A stretch of 64,000 bases of DNA from Ranitomeya imitator (Eukaryota), in NCBI RefSeq assembly GCF_032444005.1, contig NC_091283.1, positions 435,798,001 through 435,862,000 on the forward strand, written 5' to 3'. The notes beneath the pieces were generated by a model. The model did no database searches, was not told the DNA's origin, and was given only the letters and a program-made list of their open reading frames with translations. The position numbers were made by a program, and so were the translations under genes. Of the stretch, positions 12,440 to 23,309 are shown in pieces (the first letter of the stretch is position 1; each line of letters opens with the position of its first letter).

Positions 12440-13327
12440 ATGGACATTCAAGGTCTGTTCTCTTTGATGGATAATCTCGCTATAAATGTACAGAATATTC
12501 AAGATTTAGTGGTTCAGAATCCTATGTTAGAACCTAAAATTCCTATTCCTGAGTTATTTTCTGGAGATAGAGCTAAGTTTTTGAATTTTAGAAATAATTG
12601 TAAACTATTTCTGGCTTTGAAACCCCGCTCCTCTGGTGACCCAGTTCAACAAGTTAAGATCATTATTTCTTTATTACGTGGCGACCCTCAAGACTGGGCA
12701 TTTTCCCTTGCGCCAGGAGATCCTGCATTATGTAATATTGATGCGTTTTTTCTGGCGCTCGGATTGCTGTACGACGAACCAAATTCAGTGGATCACGCAG
12801 AGAAAAATTTGCTGGCTCTGTGTCAGGGTCAGGATGAGATAGAGATTTATTGTCAGAAGTTTAGAAAGTGGTCCGTGCTCACTCAATGGAATGAATGTGC
12901 GCTGGCAGCTATTTTCAGAAAGGGTCTCTCTGAAGCCCTTAAGGATGTCATGGTCGGATTTCCTATGCCTGCTGGTCTGAATGAGTCTATGTCTTTGGCC
13001 ATTCAGATCAGTCGACGCTTGCGCGAGCGTAAATCTGTGCACCATTTGGCGGTATCATCTGAGCATGAACCTGAGCCTATGCAGTGCGATAGGACTTTGA
13101 CCAGAGCTGAAAGGCAAGAACACAGACGTCAGAATGGGCTGTGTTTCTACTGTGGTGATTCCACTCATGCTATCTCCGATTGTCCTAAGTGCACTAAGCG
13201 GTTCGCTAGGTCTGCCACCATTGGTACGGTACAGTCGAAATTTCTTTTGTCCGTTACTTTGATCTGCTCTTTGTCTTCCGATTCTGTCATGGCATTTGTG
13301 GATTCAGGCGCTGTCCTATTCCATTGA
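12440..13327 (+). CDS. Gypsy gag with CCHC zinc knuckle, running into a truncated aspartic protease
   Basis: LEPKIPIPELFSGDRAKFLNFRNNC, LLRGDPQDWA, CFYCGDSTHAISDC and FVDSGA motifs. Confidence 0.85.
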   Translation: MDIQGLFSLMDNLAINVQNIQDLVVQNPMLEPKIPIPELFSGDRAKFLNFRNNCKLFLALKPRSSGDPVQQVKIIISLLRGDPQDWAFSLAPGDPALCNIDAFFLALGLLYDEPNSVDHAEKNLLALCQGQDEIEIYCQKFRKWSVLTQWNECALAAIFRKGLSEALKDVMVGFPMPAGLNESMSLAIQISRRLRERKSVHHLAVSSEHEPEPMQCDRTLTRAERQEHRRQNGLCFYCGDSTHAISDCPKCTKRFARSATIGTVQSKFLLSVTLICSLSSDSVMAFVDSGAVLFH

Positions 13328-13508
13328 GAGGAATTGATGCTGACCATGTGCATGGCTCCTGCGCACCAGGAGGATATTCGCTTTCTGGTGTTGCATAATC
13401 TGCATGATGTGGTCGTGTTGGGGTTACCATGGCTACAAGTCCATAACCCAGTATTAGATTGGAAATCAATGTCTGTGTCCAGCTGGGGTTGTCAGGGGGT
13501 TCTTTTTT

Positions 13509-15086
13509 GTGGCCAAGAAGGATGGTTCGCTGAGACCTTGTATTGATTACCGCCTTCTAAATAAAATTACGGTCAAATTTCAGTACCCCTTGCCGCTGCT
13601 GTCTGATTTGTTTGCTCGGATTAAGGGGGCTAGTTGGTTCACCAAGATAGATCTTCGTGGTGCGTATAATCTTGTGCGTATTAAACGGGACGATGAATGG
13701 AAAACAGCATTTAATACGCCCGAAGGCCATTTTGAGTACCTGGTTATGCCATTCGGACTTTCTAATGCTCCATCAGTGTTTCAGTCCTTTATGCATGACA
13801 TCTTCCGAGAGTACCTGGATAAATTCCTGATTGTATTCTTGGATGATATTTTGGTCTTCTCGGATGATTGGGAGTCTCATGTGAAGCAGGTCAAAATGGT
13901 GTTCCAGGTCCTGCGTGCTAATTCTTTGTTTGTGAAGGGGTCAAAGTGTCTCTTTGGTGTTCAGAAGATTTCATTTTTGGGGTTCATTTTTTCTCCTTCT
14001 ACTATCGAGATGGACCCTGTTAAAGTTCAGGCCATTTATGATTGGACTCAGCCAACATCTCTGAAGAGTCTGCAGAAGTTCCTGGGCTTTGCTAATTTTT
14101 ATCGTCGCTTCATCGCTAATTTTTCTAGCATTGCTAAACCGTTGACTGATTTAACCAAGAAGGGTGCTGATGTGGTCAATTGGTCCTCTGCGGCTGTAGA
14201 GGCTTTTCAGGAGTTGAAGCGTCGTTTTTCTTCTGCCCCTGTGTTGTGCCAACCAGATGTTTCGCTTCCGTTCCAGGTCGAGGTTGATGCTTCCGAAATT
14301 GGAGCAGGGGCTGTTTTGTCGCAGAGAAGTTCTGATTGCTCGGTGATGAAACCATGCGCCTTCTTTTCCAGGAAATTTTCGCCTGCTGAGCGAAATTATG
14401 ATGTTGGCAATCGAGAGTTGCTAGCCATGAAGTGGGCATTCGAGGAGTGGCGTCATTGGCTTGAAGGAGCTAAGCATCGCGTGGTGGTCTTGACTGATCA
14501 CAAAAACTTGACTTATCTCGAGTCTGCCAAACGGTTGAATCCTAGACAGGCTCGTTGGTCGCTGTTTTTCTCCCGTTTTGACTTTGTGGTTTCGTACCTT
14601 CCGGGCTCTAAAAATGTGAAGGCGGATGCCCTGTCTAGGAGTTTTGTGCCCGATTCTCCGGGTTTGTCTGAGCCAGCGGGTATTCTCAAAGAGGGGGTAA
14701 TTTTGTCTGCCATCTCCCCTGATTTGTGGCGGGTGCTGCAAAAATTTCAGGCTAATAGACCTGACCGTTGCCCAGCGGAGAAACTGTTTGTCCCTGATAG
14801 GTGGACGAATAAAGTTATCTCTGAGGTTCATTGTTCGGTGTTGGCTGGTCATCCTGGAATCTTTGGTACCAGAGATTTGGTGGCTAGATGCTTTTGGTGG
14901 CCATCTCTGTCGCGGGATGTGCGTTCTTTTGTGCAGTCCTGTGGGATTTGTGCTCGGGCTAAGCCCTGCTGTTCTCGTGCCAGTGGGTTGCTTTTGCCCT
15001 TGCTGGTTCCGAAGAGGCCTTGGACACATATCTCTATGGATTTTATTTTGGATCTCCCCGTCTCTCAAAGAATGTCGGTCATTTAG
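13509..15086 (+). CDS. Gypsy pol fragment: reverse transcriptase, RNase H and integrase zinc finger; integrase core truncated
   Basis: KKDGSLRPCIDYR, KIDLRGAYN, MPFGLSNAPSVFQ, FLDDILVFS, EVDASEIG, NYDVGNRELLA, TDHKNL, H-x4-H...C-x2-C, PWTHISMDFI; then stop and deletion into the 3' LTR. Confidence 0.93.
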   Translation: MAKKDGSLRPCIDYRLLNKITVKFQYPLPLLSDLFARIKGASWFTKIDLRGAYNLVRIKRDDEWKTAFNTPEGHFEYLVMPFGLSNAPSVFQSFMHDIFREYLDKFLIVFLDDILVFSDDWESHVKQVKMVFQVLRANSLFVKGSKCLFGVQKISFLGFIFSPSTIEMDPVKVQAIYDWTQPTSLKSLQKFLGFANFYRRFIANFSSIAKPLTDLTKKGADVVNWSSAAVEAFQELKRRFSSAPVLCQPDVSLPFQVEVDASEIGAGAVLSQRSSDCSVMKPCAFFSRKFSPAERNYDVGNRELLAMKWAFEEWRHWLEGAKHRVVVLTDHKNLTYLESAKRLNPRQARWSLFFSRFDFVVSYLPGSKNVKADALSRSFVPDSPGLSEPAGILKEGVILSAISPDLWRVLQKFQANRPDRCPAEKLFVPDRWTNKVISEVHCSVLAGHPGIFGTRDLVARCFWWPSLSRDVRSFVQSCGICARAKPCCSRASGLLLPLLVPKRPWTHISMDFILDLPVSQRMSVI

Positions 15087-17089
15087 GTGGTTTGTGATCG
15101 CTTCTCTAAGATGGTCCATTTGGTGCCCTTGTCTAAATTGCTTTGTTTTTGTTTATGGCAATTGTCAGGTCACTTTGTGTGCTCTGAACTTCAATGTCCA
15201 TTGTGATTCTGAATTACCTGTTCATAACAGTGTTGAATGTGAGTGCCTTACCTGATAGACAGAATCTCCCTTGCCTCCAAGCATGACATCACCCTCCCCG
15301 AAAGCAAGGCAACATCACTGCAACATCCGGTTAACTGGGGTGTTGCATGCGCATGACTGGAAGTCAAGAAGCATAGGGAATAGAGCATGCACATCATCTG
15401 GATATCGATACATGACTCTCAATGAGGGTCGCTCCACCCATGCGTAGTACAAAGGAGGCATGGTTCCGTAGTCGACGGTGCAGACGATTCCATATGAATT
15501 TTAAAAGGAATGCTAAATATCTAACATGCCGAGTAAAGCAGATCTGTGACAACAGGAATGTGAATGAACAGTGAAATAAGTATATAACAGATCAGACATG
15601 ATACTGTAAAAACTATTATAAACATAGGTATGTTAAGTGAGTAAATCAGATTGTAAATGAATACCAGAGCAGAAAGGTATCCATAAAATTGTTAGCTTAG
15701 AAATTTTTGAGGAAAGGGGTACAAATCACGATATTATTATTATTAATATTGCCTCTGAAGGTGTTAGATTTGCCACTTCTCTGCCACTTGAAATTATGGA
15801 TCTCAGACTTACAGTCTTTTTCTCAAAGCATTTCTCTGCTTTAAATACTTGGTCATTAATGGGAGCTCCTACTTCAATGGAGGTTGTAGTGTCAACTCTC
15901 AATCTCTCTTTTTCTTCCCCTGTTTTAATTACTTTTTCTCTCCCCTAGATATAATTAGTTTCTCTTTCCCAGCTATAATTAATCTCATATGTTCAATGTG
16001 AGGAGGACATGTTCCCTCCATGAAGATGTCTTATGGATTTTTAATTTCTCTTTTTGAGAGGTAGGATGTCTGATTCATGTCAGTGTGAGTATTCACCATG
16101 GAGGGTAGACTATGGTCAATATAAATATGGGCGGTCTCAGGTTCTGTTCTACTTAGAAGCCTACCACGCACCTCACCTAACATGAATCCCATGAAATATA
16201 TTCCCAGTATTTTAGCACAAACTATGGATTAAGCAGAAGAGACATAGCGCTGTAGATTCTAGAGTTAGGTTGGCTGGAGTCCCCCTGGTTCAATGACATG
16301 GTCGCCTCTGTGATGGACATGCTGCTATTATTCCCTTCAAATAATGGTTTTGTATTGGAATAGGAACTGCTGAGTGAGCAGAGCAGTCACAGACTATCTT
16401 AGCCTCCATGACCTCTCTGTACAGATGTGGTACTGTGTATCAGCGAGATCCATGACCTTGCCTTTTTATCTCTAGAAACTCTTCTTGGAGGCTGATAAGG
16501 ACTTTGATATTTCAGTTCATAGCTCCGAACCTGTCCAATCTGACTCACATCATATCCATCAAACAAAAGCCTGGATGCTGCAGCAGTAAAAAGGTTATTG
16601 AGGACATTTCTTTGGCAAGTCAAGGACTAAGTAGCAGTGATCAAGGCCGGTCAAACTGACAGGCTGAAAATAAGCCAGATCACAACAGGTCTGTGCGTCA
16701 TCACTGAGAACTCTCTACTCTTCGTTGCCAGGAAGTGGATAATACAAATATTATGAGTGACCTCTCTGGTACCTATGAAGCGGGGCTCAGGGCTGGTGCT
16801 GTGGGCCTGCTACTGCTTATATTCACACTGACACCCCACTAACATACAGTGTCCTATTCCATGTGTGCTGTGCTGTAAGGTTCACTCTGCACTCACTTGT
16901 AGGCCAGACGCCTCCCTACATCCATGTTCAGGGATCCAGGATCAGCCACGCACATATTAGGAGACACTTGGCACTTTTCAGCAAGTTTCTCTTTACTGGA
17001 CATTTCAGATACAACAGTCTGCAACATGCGGTATCTGGCACAGCACCCTTCGGTTGTTGTTCCGTTCACATAGTACAATGTAAGGCTAA

Positions 17090-17580
17090 GGCCCCTTTCA
17101 CACATCAGTTTTTTGCCATCAGTCGCAATCCATCGAATTTTGAAAAAAACGGATCAGTCGCAGATTGTGAAAAACTTATTCGAAGGATCCATTTTTTCGC
17201 CGGATCCGACTAGCTGATCCGGCTAATTAGATTCTAAAAAAATCGGAGCAGAATCCATAGACAGATTCCGTCATTTAATGGATCTGGCACCATAGGCTTC
17301 CATTCTAGAAAACGACGGAGGGTGACGGATCCGTTGCTGTCCGTTGTTTTGGCGGACACAAAAAACGTTACTTTGTCCGTTGTCTCCGGCCGCCTGACAA
17401 ACAATTTTCGACGAATCCGGCGAACAACAGATGAAACATGAGGTCATTCCTCACAATCTGTCGCTAATACAAGTCTATGAGAAAAAAAAAGGATCCAGCG
17501 GCATCAGTTGCCGGATCCGTTTTTTTTCAAAATTCAACGGATTGCGACTGATGGTAAAAAACTGATGTGTGAAAGGGGCC
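17090..17580. mobile_element. PIF/Harbinger-type MITE
   Basis: TAA|GGCCCCTTTCACACATCAGTT ... AACTGATGTGTGAAAGGGGCC|TTA; long TIRs with TWA flanks. Confidence 0.8.
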
Positions 17581-18014
17581 TTAGCCTCTGTTCTGCTTAG
17601 ACTGTCTCTACCTCAAGGGCTTCTGTTGGTCCTAGGGACTCCCCGCCAACCAGCAATGCAGCTTTTCTGATACCCGCCACCGTTCCCTCTCGCTTTTTCC
17701 CGTTCAGCCTCTTCAGCATCAAAAAGAATAAGACACGCATTCCAATACCTACAAGGATTTCCACAAGACTTTTGATGTGCTCTCATACTGCCCGATATGT
17801 ACTGGTAGTGCCCATCACAGCTTGCACCTGAACTTCCTCCTTGATCCTCCACTGTCTTAGACTCCAACTGACTAAACCAGGAAAAGCTCGCACTTTTCAA
17901 CTGATCTAATTCCTCCCATGCTGGGCTGGGCCCAAACACACTATCTGTATCCTAACTTACTCTGTCTGCCAGGGTTGTCTGTTGCTGGGGAAACATAACC
18001 TTTCACCTACTTAA

Positions 18015-18456
18015 AGGGAACCTGTCACCCCCCCCAGGCGTTTGTAACTAAAAGAGCCACCTTGTGCAGCACTAATGCTGCATTCTGACAAGGTGGCTCT
18101 TTTAGTTCGGGTCCCTGGCACTGCTGAAATAATCGTTTTTGAAATTTGTCCCTCATACCTTGAAATCGCCAGGGTGGCAGGTCTTTCCCCCTAAATCCAG
18201 ACGCCTCGCAGGGGTCACTCATGCCCTCTGTGTGCCGGGCGCCACCTCCTCTTCCTTTATTAGCGTTCCCGGTGCCTGCTCTGTAAGTTCGAAGGGCAGC
18301 GCAACTGCGCATGCCCGAAAAAAAATAAATAACAGCGCAGGCGCCGGGAACGCTAAAGAAGGAAGAGGAGGCCGCACCCGATGTGCAGAGGCCATGAGTG
18401 ACCCCTGAGAGGCGTCTGGATTAGGCCTGGGGGGAGAGGGGGGTGACAGGTTCCCT
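18015..18456. mobile_element. T2/Kolobok-type MITE
   Basis: TTAA|AGGGAACCTGTCA ... TGACAGGTTCCCT|TTAA. Confidence 0.85.
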
Positions 18457-20074
18457 TTAACTAGTATGCCCACTGAATATTTACCTTTCTTAATCTAACC
18501 TCTACATTATACCTTGTGCCCCAAACCTAACTCTCTGCTTTCCCTGTTTACTGCACATTATACATTAGTTACATTACAATATCAGAATTAATTAGTTCTT
18601 ATACAGTTCTACGCATTTTCACATATTACCACAGATATAAAACTACAATAACATGTCAGAACCATTTTGTAAACATTGTCTTTCGGAAAAGAACGCACGT
18701 GACATTCCCTGTCACCCTATAGTAAAAGGTCACATGCTGTGATCATGATGGGGGTGCATTTTTGGGACTCTCCCCAGAACGATAGCTAGGAAAGCTCTGG
18801 TGTTAGAGATAGCGGGCAGACAATCCCTGAGATTTTTTTTTATTAAGGTGTGGATGATGTCAAGAGAAGATGTGTATAATATCTGATACTCATATTTTAT
18901 CGGAGCCTGCCTCATTAATTAAAAGTAGTGAATGATACCTGTGCACTTGAATAACAAGGTTAAAACAATAAATACGTTTTACTGGGGGCAATGCGGGCAC
19001 AAGAAACAAACCATGACCTGCATGTTTTACACCGCTTCTTGATAAAATGCTGTTGTGAAAAATGTTTTGATTTAGCGCAATTGTGGGAGCACAGTACACG
19101 AGCGTAGGCGCTATCTGATGCTGAAAACTCAATCACCCTCAGCCCGACCTTACAACTTTATGTACACAGTTCACAATTACACAATTTACCTGCTCTGTTA
19201 TTTTACCAGAGCAGGGAAAGTTTTTTTTTTCCTGGCTTCCTGATAACGGGAGACAAGCCAACACAGGAGTCACAGATAACGGCACAATCACTTTCTTGTA
19301 GAAAACATTATCGAATTTCCTAAATATAATTTGTCACCAGTTTTATTCTGTCCCATCAAAGAGCAGAATAAAATAGGGACAGGGACCCTGATTCTAATTC
19401 TGGTGCCTCTTACTGGGCTTCTTGCTGTAGTCTTCATAAATCACATTTATATGCTGCAGCTCTGCTAGTGCTCTCACAGATGAGCTTCTGCTATGTAGTC
19501 CTCAGTACTAGTGAGATATCCATACCCCCACCACTAATTGGAAACTTTCTGCCTATGCACAGTGTAGGCAGAAAGCTGTCAATCAGTGGTGAGGGCAGGG
19601 TAATATAGAGACTATAATTTAGAGGACTAGCCAAGCTGCAGCGTTAAAATGGTAATTTATTCAAACTACAGCAAGAAGCCCAGTAATTGACCAAGCGCTG
19701 CAATCAGGGACTCTGCCTCAATTTTATGCTGCATTTCAGAAGAATAAACCTGTTGACAGATTCCTTTTAAAAACGTCTTTTTCACTCGTGCTTTAAAGAT
19801 TTGGACAGTGTCTCTATGGATCACAGCTCCAGTGGACTTGAGCACAGATCTGTTCTCTTCCATGGGCTCTCTATAGGAAAAATATACACTTTCCTTGAGA
19901 TTTTACCTATAGTAACAACAGGTTATCGGGATCCACAGTAGAAGACTCGTCCATCCAACATGATCAAGTGATTTTTTTACATCGACTTAAAAGCAGGAAA
20001 GTTATATATATAAACTCCTATAAATAAACAGAAGGAAGTGGAGTTGTTCTGCGCTGCTGAATTTATAAAAAAAC

Positions 20075-20412
20075 AGAATCCAGGACCAAGAACGGAAACC
20101 AAGACCAAGAACGGAATCCAGGACCAAGAACGGAATCTAGGACCAAGAGCAGAATCCAGGACCAAAAACAGAATCCAGGACCAGGAACGGAATTCATGAC
20201 CAAGAACGGAATCCAGGACCAAGAGCAGAATCCAGGACAAAACCGGAATCCAGGACCAAGAACGGAATCCAGGACCAAGAGCAGAATCCAGGACCAAAAA
20301 CAGAATCCAGAACCAGGAATGGAATTCATGACCAAGAACGGAATCCAGGACCAAGAACGGAATTCAGGACCAAGGACGGAATCGAGGTCCAAGAGCAGAA
20401 TCCAGGACCAAG
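20075..20412. repeat. Minisatellite, ~18-20-bp unit AATCCAGGACCAAGAACGG
   Basis: Tandem units read directly. Confidence 0.9.
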
Positions 20413-20709
20413 AATATTTTACAAGTGGTTGTCCATAGGAAGAAGTCGGGTTTACTTTCAAACAAATTGACAATAAACCACATTCATCCATTCTGGGACC
20501 TGGAATCCATCTTTTGTAAATTCAGCAGATCAGAACAACTCAACTCCCTTATGTTTATTCATACTACAATTCCTATGGATGCTGCAGCGGTTGTCATTTT
20601 TGCAGTGATAATGGTTGTGTCACACACAACCCCACCAATCTATTCACCAATCCTGTATAACTTAAAGGGCCACTGTCACCCCCCTCGGGCCGTTATAAAC
20701 TAAAAGAGC

Positions 20710-21335
20710 AAACAACCGCACTCAGACAATTTTTTGTATCAGAGATGTGAAGTATTTATTTGAGTAACACCACAGTGGTCAACAGAGTTCTGAGGTAACG
20801 TTTCGACCCGAAAGGTCTTTCTCAAACCTCACTTAGTGAATAGTGATAGAGGAAAGAGGAGGAGGACGATACTTGTCCGGTAAATGGAGACAGAGGCTCC
20901 ACAAATGGTCCAGAGAACAGGAGTACGAAGGTCCGGAACGGCACGGACAGGGCGCAGTGTCCCTAAAAGCACTGTGGGTCCTGCAAGGAGGAAGGAGGCG
21001 GTAGTGTCACTACCGCCTCCTTCCTCCTTGCAGGACCCACAGTCTCCAAGGATGGCTGGGACATCAGACGGCAGGACCCACAGGCGCAGTCTCCAAGGAT
21101 GGCTGGGACGTCAGACGGCCAGAGCTCACTGCGCCTGCCCCACACAGTTGTACACAGCGCAGGCGCCGGTTTTGAAGCGAAAAAAGCGTGGAGGGGGCGG
21201 CGCCGAAAGCCCCTGAAGGTGTGAGTGACGGCAGAGTACCGGTTCAAGCTGGGGAGTGAGGACCCGCTTCCATGGACAAAGAGAGGTATATTGGATAAGT
21301 TTCAAAACGCTTTATTTTGGGAATACATGAACAAA
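20710..21335 (-). mobile_element. Penelope-like (PLE) pseudo-LTR fragment with 13-bp TSD
   Basis: Flanked by direct repeats AAACTAAAAGAGC (20697-20709 and 21336-21348). Contains a minimal hammerhead motif followed by AATAAA on the - strand. No ORF. Confidence 0.65.
20791..20831 (-). ncRNA. Minimal type-I hammerhead ribozyme motif (U3-A8 core variant)
   Basis: - strand reads TGAGGT-TTGAGAA-A-GACC-TTTCG-GGTC-GAAA-C-GT-T-ACCTCA: 6-bp stem I, core UUGAGAA, 4-bp stem II, GAAA, palindromic ACGT stem III and a GUU cleavage triplet. Confidence 0.75.
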
Positions 21336-21770
21336 AAACTAAAAGAGCCACCTTGTTAGAATGCAGCATTACTGCTGCACAAGGTGGCTCTCTTAGTTTG
21401 TAACGGCTGGAGGGGGTGACAGTGGCCCTTTAAATAAGAACCAATTGCGCTATTTATTTCCCCTCTAACTTCAAACTTCTTTAAGTAGCATACTCCCAAC
21501 AAAATGTTATTACAGTAACTCAATTATTTAAGAGTCTCAGATGGCGCCTCAATTATAGTCCGTTGTAACGTTAGCCAATATTTTGATCGGAAAGAAAACA
21601 TTCTAAGACAGGTTTCTCTCAGTGAAACATGGTGGAGGCCATTTTTATAGTGATTACCTCTCTAGATTAAACCACTGTGATTTGCTAATTAAATGCATTT
21701 AGAAATGTATTTAAAATGTAATTTTCTTTAGTTATTGACTTTTTTCTATTCTCAGAGAACCCCTTGAAAT

Positions 21771-22206
21771 ACCTTATAAAAATCCCTGAGCTCCCCTGAT
21801 TCTGCTGCTTTTTTCCATTTTGTGCTACGTCGCTCTATCGCAGAGATATTCCCATTTGTTGTTTTTGTAGCGCAGTAAGTGAAATCTTTGCTTGTAGTCC
21901 AAATGGGCATTTCTTCAGAATTTTCTTGGGGGGTTGCATTTACTCCCATCCCAAATTCAGCCAATCACTTTCAGGCAGCCAAACTAGCAGTCTCAGACGA
22001 GCTGTGATTAGCAGCATCTTAAAGGGAGGGGTGAAGGTGCACGCCACCAGAGAAGACTCTGAAGAAATGCCCAGCTGGACTGCACAGCAGAGATTTCACA
22101 TAATGCTCTCCAAAAGAAACAAATGTGAATACCTCAGCAATGGAGTGATGCAGCGTAAAACGGGAAAGAGGGGCAAAATAAAGGGAGCTTGGGGATTGTT
22201 CTAAGG
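21771..22206. repeat. Old imperfect inverted repeat (arms ~21771-21947 and ~22028-22206)
   Basis: The reverse complement of the left arm aligns almost without gaps to the right arm (CTGAAGAAATGCCCA..TGGACT..AGATTTCAC..AAACAAATG.GAATA.CTC..GGGAGCT..GGGATT..TAAGG), about 74% identity over a 107-nt block counted by hand. Confidence 0.8.
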
Positions 22207-23309
22207 CATTTAACTCACTTTTTTCAGCAAGTGACAGGACATCTTAAGGAAAGTTGCCCAACCATGTAGTGGCCATGTGTGGTACTGCAGCCAGGGTTTT
22301 TTTCCTTTTACTCTAAGTTTTTATATATTTTGATTACTCTATTTAACCTATTTTGTCACAAGCTTCTTGGATAACGTTTATGGTGAATGTTTTGTCAGAT
22401 CTTTGCACTAAACATGGAGAGAGGTAATGTGCAGCTGCATGTGCAGTGTGTGGGTGAGCATCTTCTCAGTACTGTAAACGAGCAGTGACTGCCCCATAAA
22501 AGCTGTGATGTTCCCTCTGTAACGTGATGGAAGACGTCCAAGACTCCCACATTTTATTCATTGCACCATCAATGTGGATTAAAGTTCACGAGGTGAAGTC
22601 CTGATGGGTTCATCTCGTGGTTAGTGACCTTCATCATTGTGTTGACGCCGTACTATAAGGTATCATGATCCCATGTCACTTGTGTCTTTTGTCACTTCAT
22701 TGTTTGCCATTCAGGACACCAGACTAGCTGATTATTAACATTTTCTACAGCCGTCATTTTTAGTAATTTGACTGAAGACGAGTAAAAAGACACTGTGGTC
22801 TCCAAAGTATTTTTCTACCAGTCCCACCATCAGCACAGACTCCCCATTCATCCATCCACTACAGGGGTGCCAGGCTGCAATCAGCGCTCGTCACCCACAC
22901 TTCAACTCATGGCGGCGACGAGTGACCACAAGATGGAAATAAGCATGATGAGGTTCCAGCAATCCGCAGGAGCAGCAGACATTTCCCAGACTGAAATAGG
23001 ATTAATCCAGAAGTGTAAATAATCACGTCCATGGCCCCATCCTTTATTTGTATAGTAGGGTACGGGCCATAGTCTGAGAAACTCAGAAAGAAATACTGGG
23101 GAGAGTTGTCCTGCGTCTTAAAGGAGTTTTCTGACTTTCCATTTTATTACCCCAAATGCTTGCTCATCTTAAAAATAACAAATCATGACTTTTCTCTTAT
23201 TGTTTCAATACCCCCTCTCCACTGCACATTGTTAGTTTTTGTTGACATGGCTGCAGTGGTGTTGCGGTCCACCACAGCCACCCCACACAATATGATGGTT
23301 GGTCCTCCA

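Larger units (their letters stand above)
11487..15229 (+). mobile_element. Ty3/Gypsy (sushi-like) LTR retrotransposon with internal deletions
   Basis: 5' LTR TGTTGTG...CATAACA at 11487-12303. The last ~70 bp of the LTR repeat at ~15160-15229. TSD GTGTTG at 11481-11486 and 15230-15235 (a 5-bp TGTTG reading is also possible). gag and pol ORFs present. Confidence 0.93.
6314..15347 (-). mobile_element. Non-autonomous LTR retrotransposon (probably Ty3/Gypsy-related) carrying a cold-shock-domain ORF; 5' LTR split by Tc1 and Gypsy insertions
   Basis: Two homologous LTR copies: 6314-7320 (3' LTR, truncated on the left) and 9628-9935 + 11227-11486 + 15230-15347 (5' LTR), both beginning TGCAACA(T/C)CCC on the - strand. 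PBS at 9607-9624 (+ strand ATCCTGTTCGTGATGCCA, 1 mismatch to the 3' end of vertebrate tRNA-Ser(CGA) as I recall it). PPT CCGGGTGGGGGGG abuts the 3' LTR at 7321-7333. No RT or IN in the ~2.3-kb internal region. Confidence 0.8.
20666..21429. mobile_element. T2/Kolobok-type MITE interrupted by a retroposed insertion
   Basis: TTAA|AGGGCCACTGTCACCCC ... GGGGTGACAGTGGCCCT|TTAA. The internal CTAAAAGAGCCACCTTG motif is shared with the 18015 MITE. Confidence 0.85.

Noticed and set aside
15780-15950. Possible - strand exon (GEEKERLRVDTTTSIEVGAP...EKKT|GTAAGT)
   Set aside because: Weak acceptor, no recognisable homology and no partner exons.
19977-20491. Overlapping repetitive ORFs on both strands
   Set aside because: Minisatellite translation.
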